DNA from: an uncultured Bacteroidota bacterium
Lineage (GTDB): Bacteria > Bacteroidota > Bacteroidia > Chitinophagales > Chitinophagaceae
Direction: 5' to 3'
NCBI GenBank assembly: GCA_903839875.1
Contig: CAIMDZ010000051.1
Location: 9,586 to 73,585 of the forward strand
DNA length: 64,000 nucleotides
Under the pieces are notes generated by a model. The model searched no databases, was not told the origin of the DNA, and saw only the letters and a program-made list of their open reading frames with translations. The stretch's first letter is position 1, and each line of letters begins with the position of its first letter. Made by a program: the position numbers and the translations under genes. This document shows positions 9,150-18,401 of this stretch, one piece after another.

Positions 9150-10808
9150 TTACCGCGGCAGTTGCACTGTTTTTCCTTTGGGATATTTTACGGTGAAACC
9201 GAATTGCTCTTTTTTGGTTTCGTTGCTGTTAAGGGTTAGTGTCCATTTCAGCATGCCGGTTGTTTCTTCGCTCTCTGCATTTTCTTTTTCCACATCTTCT
9301 ATCACTATGTCTTTGTCATTGCTTACAGGCAACTGGTCCTGGATGATGAGGTTGATGGGTTCTTTGCGGGTGTTGCGCACTGATATAGTGTAGGCAAAGG
9401 TTTCGCGAACATTGGTACCTATGGTTTTTACGCTTCTGCGCTTTGTATCGCGCTCACGTTTTACCACTATCTTTTTGTCGCGGCCCAGCGAGAGTGTCAT
9501 GGTGTCTTTTACATTGCGCACGTCTATTGTTCCCTGGCCTACGTAGGTGCCCTCGTAAAAGATATTGGATGTGCCGGGCAGCAGGTTCAGGTCTTCCCAG
9601 TTGGTGACCTGCGCCTGCAGAAAGGCGTCCTTATCCAGTTTGGGTACTGCGAAGTAGCGGTAGGTTGCAGGCAGTTCAAATCGTTTGATAGCTACGAGGT
9701 GCTGCTGGCCATCGCTGGGTATGGTATAGGGCAGATCAATATCGAATGAAGTGTTGATGCCGGAATTGTCAACAGTGACATAGTTGTTGATACCTGTTTG
9801 ATAATCAGCTACGCTGTCGCCATTATCTATGAGGTATTTAGTTCCACCTGATCGCCCGCCGCCAAAACTTAAAGCACCTCCCTTGTTGCTCTGGTAAACG
9901 GCGGCAGGTGCCTGGGCCATGTTATTATTGTAGTTCTGAATGGGCACATAAAATGCGAGGAACCATGGGTTGAGTGTGGGTGCCTGTGCACCTTCATTGG
10001 GGTTGCCGGTAGAAAGGCTGAGGCGCACATTGTTCCACTTCACACCGCTGTTCTGAAAGATGTTTGCTTTGTAGTAAAGCTTAATCGGTCCGCTGGCGCC
10101 ATCGGCCCATACATCGTAAGTAGGCGTCCAGCCTGCGTGGGGCACTACATAGTCTATGGTTACAGCAGTAGTTGTGGCCTCAGGGCTATAGAACTTGACA
10201 AGCAATTGTCCGCCGGGCTGGAAGCCTTTTTTCTGTTCTTCATCCAGTTGCTTGTTCAGTTTTGCCTGGCGTTCATTCAGTTTGCTCAGTACGGCTTCTT
10301 CTTTATTTTTCTGGTTCAGTATGTTTTCCATCCTGGTGCCGATTAGATCAAGCATCTTTGTCAGTTCTGCTACTGAGAGGCCGGTATTTTCACCGCTCAC
10401 TTTCCTGTTTCCCTGCAGAATGGCTATCTGTTCTGCAAGCGTGGCTATCTTGTTATTGACCTGGGCCTTGGTGGCTACAATAAGCTCTATGCTATCCTTT
10501 ATTTCCTTCACCTTTGGCGAGAAGACTTCGGTAGCAAGGTAATTGTTCTGGAAAGTGGCAGATTCTACCACTACTCCGTTTGTGCAGCTTACACTCAGGC
10601 TCTGGCTGTTTACATCACCGGCAACATTGGTGAATATCAGTTCATTCTCTCCTTTAGAGAGATTGACTTTAGCACTGCTGATCAGTTCAGCCCCACTCAG
10701 GAATATGGTAGCGGCGTCAATGTTCAGTTTTTGCGGTGTTTGCGCCTGCAGCGAATTCACAAACAGGATAGAAATGCAGGAGATGGAAGTAAGACGTGAG
10801 TATCTCAT
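9150..10808 (-). CDS. DUF4140/DUF4139 mucoidy inhibitor MuiA-family protein
   Basis: IDAATIFLSGAEL (DUF4140), YVVPHAGWTPTYD, QNSGVKWNNVRLSLSTG, YFAVPKLDKDAFL. Likely start 10808 (track 10853). Confidence 0.9.
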   Translation of the reverse strand: MRYSRLTSISCISILFVNSLQAQTPQKLNIDAATIFLSGAELISSAKVNLSKGENELIFTNVAGDVNSQSLSVSCTNGVVVESATFQNNYLATEVFSPKVKEIKDSIELIVATKAQVNNKIATLAEQIAILQGNRKVSGENTGLSVAELTKMLDLIGTRMENILNQKNKEEAVLSKLNERQAKLNKQLDEEQKKGFQPGGQLLVKFYSPEATTTAVTIDYVVPHAGWTPTYDVWADGASGPIKLYYKANIFQNSGVKWNNVRLSLSTGNPNEGAQAPTLNPWFLAFYVPIQNYNNNMAQAPAAVYQSNKGGALSFGGGRSGGTKYLIDNGDSVADYQTGINNYVTVDNSGINTSFDIDLPYTIPSDGQQHLVAIKRFELPATYRYFAVPKLDKDAFLQAQVTNWEDLNLLPGTSNIFYEGTYVGQGTIDVRNVKDTMTLSLGRDKKIVVKRERDTKRRSVKTIGTNVRETFAYTISVRNTRKEPINLIIQDQLPVSNDKDIVIEDVEKENAESEETTGMLKWTLTLNSNETKKEQFGFTVKYPKGKTVQLPR

Positions 10809-11036
10809 ATAGTGGTGTTTTAGAGAAAAGACATTTGAAGGTAGATATTCCATAACCTGTAACTAAGCAATTTTGCATCCTTAACAATACTTTACATTTA
10901 AATAATGTGCCGGTGATTAAAGACAGAAAGGTTTTTATCTTCTTTAACAAAAGCAATTTATGGATTATCATTGGTATTGTTTCTTTTAAATGAAATTGTG
11001 CAACAACTTCATAAATTTGCATCACAAAAAGGAATA

Positions 11037-11285
11037 ATGATTGACAGGGAAGACATAAAAGAAAACAGAGCCAACACATTCCGGACAAGTCTGGATATCG
11101 GTATGGGTATTTTTTATACAGCAATCGGGATAATATTATTATACAGGCACTCTTTCGGGAATATGGAAATACCTGCATGGATAGCGTATATTTTAGGCGC
11201 TATGATGGCTATTGGCGGAGCATTCCGGTTTTACCGGGGTATAAAGGTGATTTTGCCGAAAAAGAAAGATCCGGAACGTCCCTGA
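11037..11285 (+). CDS. Small two-TM membrane protein
   Basis: Two hydrophobic helices, GMGIFY and FRFYRG. TAAATTTG promoter box at 11012-11019 favours ATG 11037 over 10971. Confidence 0.75.
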   Translation: MIDREDIKENRANTFRTSLDIGMGIFYTAIGIILLYRHSFGNMEIPAWIAYILGAMMAIGGAFRFYRGIKVILPKKKDPERP

Positions 11286-11449
11286 AGTTGAAAAATGTAT
11301 TGTTAATTTATCATTCCGCGTATGGTTCACTTATGTATCAGCGTTCAATAAAGGTATAGCTTTGAAAAAGTGGTTCCTGATCCGGCATATGAGTAAAACC
11401 TGTTAAATTATTGTTACAACAGATATAAGCATGTTCATTCTTTAAATTA

Positions 11450-12376
11450 ATGAGTAAAATTGCGCTTTTTATGAGGTCTTCCGCCTATTTGTTTTCCGTA
11501 TTATTCCTGAGCGTTTTCATATTATCATGTGATGACAGGCCTAAACATCCCGATACATTGGGCACCGGAGTAATTGATATTTCGGCAGATGAAACCTACC
11601 AGCCAATCATTGAAGAGCAGAAAAAGGTCTTTGACAGCAGTTATCCCGACGCAAAAGTAACCATTCATTATAAGCCGGAATCTGAGTGTTTTAAAGATTA
11701 TTTCGATAATAAGGCGCGCATCATCCTGGTAACAAGAGAACTTACGAAGGCTGAGAAAGACCTTTGTCTTCAGAAGCAGATATATGCCACTTCACTATCG
11801 CTTGCAAGAGATGCGGTGGCGGTGATAGTAAACAATGAAGCTGCGGATAGTATTCTGGATATGGCTACGCTGAAAGGTATATTGATGGGTGTGTATAAAA
11901 CAAGGTATACTGTAGTGTTCGACAACCAGGGATCAAGTACCTTAAGGTATATTACCGAGTCTGTTTTAAAGGGAGATACCCTGGGAAAAAATGTGTTTGC
12001 GGCCAAAGGAAATAAGGAAGTTGTGGACTACGTTATAAAAAACCCTGCCGCTATTGGTTTTGTCGGACTCAGTTATGTGAGTGATTCAACAGACCCGGCA
12101 AATACAGGCGCATTTATAAAAAGTGTTAAAGTTGTAGCCATAAAGAATGACAGTACCAGGGAGTTCTTACAGCCTTACCAGGCTTACATTGCGCTGAAAA
12201 CCTACCCCCTCACCCGAACCATTTATTACATAAACAGCGAAAGCTATCCGGGATTGGGCACGGGATTTGCTAATTTCTTAGCAGGGCAGAGAGGACAACT
12301 CGTTTTTTTCCATGCACATCTTTTCCCTACAAGGTCGGAGATGATAATAAGACAGGCTGAAATAAATAACAAGTGA
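11450..12376 (+). CDS. PstS-like periplasmic binding lipoprotein (PBP_like_2)
   Basis: Lipobox ILSC, ISADET, ARDAVAVIVN, FDNQGSST, YPLTR. Confidence 0.85.
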   Translation: MSKIALFMRSSAYLFSVLFLSVFILSCDDRPKHPDTLGTGVIDISADETYQPIIEEQKKVFDSSYPDAKVTIHYKPESECFKDYFDNKARIILVTRELTKAEKDLCLQKQIYATSLSLARDAVAVIVNNEAADSILDMATLKGILMGVYKTRYTVVFDNQGSSTLRYITESVLKGDTLGKNVFAAKGNKEVVDYVIKNPAAIGFVGLSYVSDSTDPANTGAFIKSVKVVAIKNDSTREFLQPYQAYIALKTYPLTRTIYYINSESYPGLGTGFANFLAGQRGQLVFFHAHLFPTRSEMIIRQAEINNK

Positions 12377-12407
12377 TTAATTAACAACAAACATTACAAC
12401 AAGTATT

Positions 12408-14030
12408 ATGAGGTTGCGTATGAACAGAATATTGATAATGGTTATGGCGGCAGGCTTTACCGTCCATGCAAGTGCCCAGTCGGTAGAAAGTGGTATTAAG
12501 ATGTATAACTATAAAAAATACCATGGTGCAGAACAAGTGCTTACCCCCCTTGCAGCCAGTGACCCAAAGGCTAATTATTATTTAGGCCTAACATTGATTG
12601 AAGAAGGAAATGCAGCAAAGGCGGCAGAGGTTTTTGCAAAATTTCCGGAAGATCCGGCCAACATATCCGGAACGGCGCGTATAGCCTATATCAACAAAGA
12701 TATAGCTAAAGGCAACCAGATTACCAGCGGACTTGCATCCAAATCGAAGAAAAAGGAATGGATACAGGAAAAATATGCAGCAGACGCTATTACATATACC
12801 ACCGGCGGAGATCCCCACCAGGCTGTTGCATGGTATAAGGACGCCCTGACAAAATCGGATGATATAGAAACGCATCTCGGACTTGGCGATGTGTACCGGA
12901 AGATACCCGGAGGCGGCGGTGATGCAATGACTAATTATGAAACCATTACGGAGAAAGACCCTAAAAATTCCCTGGCGCTTTCCCGCATTGGCGATCTTTG
13001 GTATGAGGCGAAAAACTGGGATGCAGTTATAGAAAATTACAACAAAGCCAAAAATACAGACCCTACAAATCCGCTTCCTTACAAAGCAATGTCTGAAGTT
13101 TACTCACGCGCTCATCAATACAAGCTGGCGCTGGAAAATATCAAAAAATACTATGAGCTTTCTGAAAAAACCCTCAGCGACAAAATTGATTACCTTCGGA
13201 ATATGTACTTTGCACAAAGCAATTGTGAAGCGGCCAAATTTGCCCAAGACCTGATGAACTCCGAAAAGTTATCTAATGACCAGTTAACAGAGGTAACAGG
13301 CGTACTGGGATTCGCACAGGCAGATTGCGGAGATTCTGTACAGGCGCTTAAAAACCTGCGCACTTATTTCCGGATACAGAACCCTTCGAGAATTACAACT
13401 GATGCCTACATCCAATACGGTAAGTTATTCCTGAAACTGGATATGCTTGATTCGGCTGGCTATTATTATACCAAGGGTATAGCAGGCGATACAGCCCGCA
13501 ACAAATCGGATATTTACCGTACAATAGCCGAAGCATTTAAGGCCAAAAAAGATTATCCCAAGTCGGCAGAATGGTATGATAACCTTATCAAATCAAACCC
13601 GGATACCCAGCCGCTTGATTATTTCTGGAGAGGGTGTATGCTTTATTACAGCAAGCTGTATGAGCAATCGGTAAAAGCCTTTGAGGCATTTGAGATCAAA
13701 TATCCCGATGCAGCGCCGGCTACCTATTGGCATGGACGCGCACTGGCGGCAATAGATTCAGAAGCTACCACCTGCAACGCATCGCCGTACTTTATAAAGT
13801 GGCTGGACAAGATAGGCGCCGCCGTTGATAAAAAGAACGATATGAAGATCGCCTATGAATACCTGCTGCTGTGTGCCTACAATAAAAAAGACAAGGAACT
13901 GATGAAAGCATATATGGAGAAGATACGTGCTATTGATCCGCAGGATTCATTGCTGAAACAGATAGAAGAAGCTGAAAAACCTGCAACCGCACCAAGGAAA
14001 ACGGCGCCGCCCAAGGGGGGAAAGAAATAA
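12408..14030 (+). CDS. Tetratricopeptide repeat protein, secreted
   Basis: Signal peptide and multiple TPR-like helices (ANYYLGLTLI, ALSRIGDLWY, YFWRG, ATYWHGRALA). Confidence 0.85.
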   Translation: MRLRMNRILIMVMAAGFTVHASAQSVESGIKMYNYKKYHGAEQVLTPLAASDPKANYYLGLTLIEEGNAAKAAEVFAKFPEDPANISGTARIAYINKDIAKGNQITSGLASKSKKKEWIQEKYAADAITYTTGGDPHQAVAWYKDALTKSDDIETHLGLGDVYRKIPGGGGDAMTNYETITEKDPKNSLALSRIGDLWYEAKNWDAVIENYNKAKNTDPTNPLPYKAMSEVYSRAHQYKLALENIKKYYELSEKTLSDKIDYLRNMYFAQSNCEAAKFAQDLMNSEKLSNDQLTEVTGVLGFAQADCGDSVQALKNLRTYFRIQNPSRITTDAYIQYGKLFLKLDMLDSAGYYYTKGIAGDTARNKSDIYRTIAEAFKAKKDYPKSAEWYDNLIKSNPDTQPLDYFWRGCMLYYSKLYEQSVKAFEAFEIKYPDAAPATYWHGRALAAIDSEATTCNASPYFIKWLDKIGAAVDKKNDMKIAYEYLLLCAYNKKDKELMKAYMEKIRAIDPQDSLLKQIEEAEKPATAPRKTAPPKGGKK

Positions 14031-14043
14031 AATACTATATTTG

Positions 14044-14072
14044 AAAGCTGCCGGAAATGGCAGCTTTTTTTA
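14044..14072 (+). terminator. Intrinsic terminator
   Basis: AAAGCTGCC-GGAAAT-GGCAGCTTT followed by a T tract. Confidence 0.8.
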
Positions 14073-14102
14073 GCTATACTATTGTAATCGAAATAAATTT
14101 CT

Positions 14103-14645
14103 ATGGAAGACCAGCTTGAAGAACTTAAGTATCCCATAGGCCGTTACCTGAAACCTGAAGCCCATACTCCGGAGCTTCGGAAGGAATGGATAACGGTGTT
14201 GCAGGCGTTACCGTCGTGGATGGATGCATGTATCGAGAATCTTGATGAACACCAGTTGCTGACACCCTACAGGGAGGGCGGCTGGAATATTCAGCAGGTG
14301 GTGCACCATGTGGCAGACAGCCATATGAATGCCTATATCAGGCTGAAACTGGCGCTTACGGAAGATAATCCTACTATTAAACCTTATGCGGAAGCAGCCT
14401 GGGCCGAACTGGTGGATTCAAAAGTAGTTCCGGTAAACGTTTCGGTAACCCTGATACATGCCCTGCACAGGCGCATAGTGGCGTTATTGCAGAATATGGA
14501 TACCGCTGCGTGGGAGCGTTCGTACTTCCACCCGGAACATCAACGCGATTTCCCGTTATGGGAAGTGGTAGCCATGTATGCATGGCACAGCAGGCACCAT
14601 ACTGAGCATATCAGAAAGTTGCGTGAAAGAATGAATTGGACATGA
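14103..14645 (+). CDS. bstA: YfiT/BstA-family bacillithiol transferase (DinB superfamily)
   Basis: LKYPIG, TPYREGGW, VVHHVADSH, EDNPTIKPY-x-E, YAWHSRHH metal ligands. Confidence 0.85.
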   Translation: MEDQLEELKYPIGRYLKPEAHTPELRKEWITVLQALPSWMDACIENLDEHQLLTPYREGGWNIQQVVHHVADSHMNAYIRLKLALTEDNPTIKPYAEAAWAELVDSKVVPVNVSVTLIHALHRRIVALLQNMDTAAWERSYFHPEHQRDFPLWEVVAMYAWHSRHHTEHIRKLRERMNWT

Positions 14646-14743
14646 ACAAATGTTTGCCGCGAATGAAATGTGAATAAATAAGTATGCTGACAAATTATTT
14701 TTTTAGAAAAATAAAACTATCTTTATAAATTAAAATATAATAT

Positions 14744-15217
14744 ATGGCCTCCAATCCTTATTTGCTTTTTATTCATAGTTTATTCAGGTATTTTATTCTC
14801 ATTTTTGCAGTGATCGTTGTTGTGCAAAGCCTGGTGGGCATGATGGGTAAAAAGAAGTTTCAGAAAAGCAACCGCATGATGGCCCTGGTGCTGCTTATTT
14901 TCTGTGACCTCCAGCTTGTATTGGGCCTGATCCTGTATTATTATAAATTAATAGAAACCGGTGCACTGAAACTCCCGGGACTGATGAAAGATACCACCAG
15001 ACGCTTTTATGGGGTTGAACACAGCCTTAGCATGATCATTGCCTTAATATTGGTACATATTGGCTATAGTATTGCCAAGAAAAGTATTGATGACGACCGC
15101 AAGTTCAAAAGGTTATTCTGGTGTTCATTTATTGCCTTAGCCATCTTTATGGCAATGAGCCCATGGGAAGCCAAACAGGTGGTAGGCCGTCCTAACATCC
15201 CTGTCTGGCCTTCATAA
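14744..15217 (+). CDS. Four-TM membrane protein (Bacteroidota cytochrome-b-like hypothetical)
   Basis: Four hydrophobic segments with conserved-looking His (HS-x-x-R, EH-x-x-x-M, VHIG). Confidence 0.7.
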   Translation: MASNPYLLFIHSLFRYFILIFAVIVVVQSLVGMMGKKKFQKSNRMMALVLLIFCDLQLVLGLILYYYKLIETGALKLPGLMKDTTRRFYGVEHSLSMIIALILVHIGYSIAKKSIDDDRKFKRLFWCSFIALAIFMAMSPWEAKQVVGRPNIPVWPS

Positions 15218-15238
15218 GTAAGACAGTCTAAGAGCGTT

Positions 15239-16003
15239 ATGTTCAGAAAATTATTGCAGCCATTTTATACTACCTGGGTAGCCAGTACTTTTTTTGTAAG
15301 TATCCTTGCCCTGTTTCCCATTTTTATGGTTGTAAGTATAGGCGATAATCACCGTTCCCGCAAAGGGATCTATACGATGATCAGGTATTGGTCGAAGGGG
15401 TGGCTGTGGATGATAGGTATGCGGGTTACGCTCAAGGGCACCCCACCGCCTGCCGGCAGGTATGTGGTGGTGGCCAATCATATCTCATATCTCGATACCC
15501 TGGTTATTTTCCCTGCCATACCCGGTTATTTCAGGCCATTGGGTAAGAAGGAAGTATCCAAAATACCCGTAGTGGGGTTTATTTACAAACAGATAGTAAT
15601 AATGGTGGACCGGAGCAATGTACACAGCCGGTCCAGGAGCATGCGGTTGCTGTGGCGTGTTTTGCATAAGGAAGGGCACATTATTATTTTCCCGGAGGGC
15701 ACTTTTAATGAAACACCTGATGTGCTTAAATCATTTTATGACGGCGCCTTCAGGCTGGCGATAAATACGCAAACAAAAATACTTCCCATGGTAATGCCGG
15801 ATACAGTGGACCGCTGGCATTACAGCGCATGGTGGAAATTCTGGCCTGGCATAAACAGGGTGCAATACCTGGAGCCTGTAGATGCCGCCGGTCTCACACT
15901 GGACGATCTTCCCGCGTTAAAAGAAAAGGTTTTCAAGGCGATGGAGGCGGAGTTGAAGAAATACCCCAGAAACCCCCTGTCCCTGAAGGTGAGTGCGTCG
16001 TGA
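15239..16003 (+). CDS. plsC: 1-acyl-sn-glycerol-3-phosphate acyltransferase
   Basis: NHISYLD (HX4D) and IFPEGT motifs. Confidence 0.85.
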   Translation: MFRKLLQPFYTTWVASTFFVSILALFPIFMVVSIGDNHRSRKGIYTMIRYWSKGWLWMIGMRVTLKGTPPPAGRYVVVANHISYLDTLVIFPAIPGYFRPLGKKEVSKIPVVGFIYKQIVIMVDRSNVHSRSRSMRLLWRVLHKEGHIIIFPEGTFNETPDVLKSFYDGAFRLAINTQTKILPMVMPDTVDRWHYSAWWKFWPGINRVQYLEPVDAAGLTLDDLPALKEKVFKAMEAELKKYPRNPLSLKVSAS

Positions 16004-16074
16004 TCTTAATTTCGACCTAAAGTTCGCTGGGCAACTTTTCTCTCCTCTTATGCCAGAAGCACTATTCAATTATT

Positions 16075-16173
16075 TTAGTGGAGTATTTTATAACTCAGAT
16101 AAATGATCCCTGAAAGGGAAAGCGCCAGCACCGCAACAATGAAAACTATATAACCTAACCTGCCTTCACGCAT
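16075..16173 (-). CDS. Putative 32-aa single-pass membrane peptide
   Basis: MREGRLGYIVFIVAVLALSLSGIIYLSYKILH, with AT-rich sequence before the ATG. Confidence 0.4.
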   Translation of the reverse strand: MREGRLGYIVFIVAVLALSLSGIIYLSYKILH

Positions 16174-16546
16174 TTTTAAACCTATGGAACGATGACAAAA
16201 TAACTTCCACAACCTGACTTGTTCTTTTCCATTTTTTCTACGTTGAAAAATCTTTAAATATTGCTCATATTCGCAGTTTTTTCGCCTTAAAAAAAAGAAA
16301 AATAACTGCGCCAACTTGCGGAACTTATTTTGTCAACGTTCCTATACTTATTTTGAATTCTTACTGCTTGTACGTAATTTGGAACAAAATTACCGATACC
16401 GGAGCCGTGAATAGCCTTAAAAAGACCTAAATTTTAATTAATGTTGCAAAAATTGGGATTTAATTATAAAAAATTCCCTGAAAGTCATATTTTTATCGCT
16501 TGACAACCCATTTTCTTAAATTTGTAAACTGAATAACAAGGTATAT

Positions 16547-17263
16547 ATGCAAAAAGGAATTTTAAAAAGAACTTCGAAACTGTTGATAGTGTTGTTGGTT
16601 GTTGGCGGTTTTAATTCTTACGGGCAAGACATTGTAAAAGTAAGAAACCAGAATTTCACCTCTTATTTTTCGAAATCACAGCATATTCCTGTATTGGTAG
16701 TTTATTCACTGACTCCCGACCTGTTTAATTGTATCAAGATGAAAGGTGAACATGGTATTGTGCTGACTACTGATCCTCAGCTTCCCGATGCTACCAACCT
16801 GAAAGACGATTATAACAACTCGCTGTTTGATAACTCACAGCTCATGTCGCCTGATGAGAACACCTGCGACAGGGACGCGTATACAGAAAGCTTCTACTTT
16901 ACCAATGTAATGCCTATGCCAAAGAACCTGCATAAGCCAATGTGGGAAGATCTGCAGGCTAAAGAAATTGTGAAAGCCAAGAAGTATAAAAAGGTAAAGG
17001 TTTTCGCAGGTACAGTTGGCCGCAACTGGGTAATAGGAAAAGACAATAACATAACTGTTCCGGAATGGTGCTGGAAGGTGATCTACATTCCAAGCACTGA
17101 TGAATACCTGTGCTATGAGTTCCACAACATAGAACCATTTAATCCTAAAGACAAATTACTCAATCATAAAGTAGACCTGAACAGGATAGAATCATTGGCC
17201 GGTGTTCATTTTGTGAACGGTGTGATCTCTGCTTCTTATGTTACGGCTACACCGAATCAGTAA
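16547..17263 (+). CDS. DNA/RNA non-specific endonuclease (NucA/EndoG) homolog, catalytic residues replaced
   Basis: Family features (FTSYFS-x-x-x-HIP-x-x-V-x-Y, DPQLP, DDY, ESFYFTNVMP, VPEWCWKVIY, IESLAG) but DNSQ where DRGH is expected. Confidence 0.8.
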   Translation: MQKGILKRTSKLLIVLLVVGGFNSYGQDIVKVRNQNFTSYFSKSQHIPVLVVYSLTPDLFNCIKMKGEHGIVLTTDPQLPDATNLKDDYNNSLFDNSQLMSPDENTCDRDAYTESFYFTNVMPMPKNLHKPMWEDLQAKEIVKAKKYKKVKVFAGTVGRNWVIGKDNNITVPEWCWKVIYIPSTDEYLCYEFHNIEPFNPKDKLLNHKVDLNRIESLAGVHFVNGVISASYVTATPNQ

Positions 17264-17285
17264 CCCAGACCAAAAATATTTAGTT

Positions 17286-17323
17286 AAGACAGTAACTCCG
17301 TAAGGTTATACTGTCTTTTTTTT
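17286..17323 (+). terminator. Intrinsic terminator
   Basis: AAGACAGTA...TACTGTCTT followed by a T run. Confidence 0.75.
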
Positions 17324-17559
17324 GCTCCGAACAGCAGGTTATTTTCAGGAGAACAAGAAAGTGCAGCAGATAAAGGAACGTAGCTTATCCAATTATTCCA
17401 ACTGATTAATAACAGGATCTGTTAAGACCAGAAGTCATATCTTGTTCTCCTAAAGGCGATTACTATCTGTTTGGCAGGGTTTGTGAAAACCGGGCAAATA
17501 ATTCTTTCCTTTTCCGGTAAATTATTATAATTGTTCCTGAATATAAAAAGGAGGAAACT

Positions 17560-18228
17560 ATGTGTTTTTCAGCAACAGCAAGTTTTGGCGCAAGTGCACT
17601 GCTTTCAATTATCGGTGTTGCAACACTAAAGCAATCAAAAACTACTCCCCAGAAGTTCCTGGCATGTATTCCGTTAATTTTTGCTGTACAGCAATTTGCA
17701 GAGGGCTTTGTGTGGCTGTCGCTTACGAACCCTGAATACAAATACCTTCACCACATAGCCATGTACGCCTTCCTGGTCTTTGCCGAAGTGGTCTGGCCTG
17801 TTTATGTGCCGCTTGCCGTATTGATCAATGAAAAAAAGAAGGGGCGAAAAAAAATTCTTGCTGCATTCCTCATGGTAGGTATGCTCACCGGCGGTTACCT
17901 TTTTTTCTGCCTCTTCTATTATCCTTCTGAGGCAATTGCACTAAAGGATCACATCAGGTATCAGCAAGGTTTCCCCTGGGCGGATGTGAGGTGGGGGGGG
18001 ATATTTTATTTTATTCCTACAGTGATTTCCTCATTTGTTGTCAGTATTAAACAAATGAGATTGTTTGGTATAATAATGACGGTATCCTGTATTTTTACCC
18101 GTATATTTTACAGCGATTATATTGTATCAATCTGGTGTTTTTTTGCCGCTATTCTCAGTGTGGTACTTTTATCCATTATTATCGGGATGAATAAAGATGA
18201 GGAAGCTATTCCCATTGCAGTCGGGTAA
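17560..18228 (+). CDS. DUF6629-family membrane protein
   Basis: MCFSATASF start, PLIFAVQQFAEG, SIWCFFAAILS, about 7 TM segments. Confidence 0.8.
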   Translation: MCFSATASFGASALLSIIGVATLKQSKTTPQKFLACIPLIFAVQQFAEGFVWLSLTNPEYKYLHHIAMYAFLVFAEVVWPVYVPLAVLINEKKKGRKKILAAFLMVGMLTGGYLFFCLFYYPSEAIALKDHIRYQQGFPWADVRWGGIFYFIPTVISSFVVSIKQMRLFGIIMTVSCIFTRIFYSDYIVSIWCFFAAILSVVLLSIIIGMNKDEEAIPIAVG

Positions 18229-18401
18229 ACTTATGTTGTTTCCAAGGCTAAAAATTTCCGGAGCTCCGGTTGGTTTGTATCTTCCCGGGGAGCAAAAGAA
18301 AGAATAAGAAAATAATACTCATTATCTTCGTAACCAGTTTATTTTTATTGCGTCTTTGTATGAACCAGGGTTGGAGTTATTCAAATCAGTAAAAAATAAT
18401 T

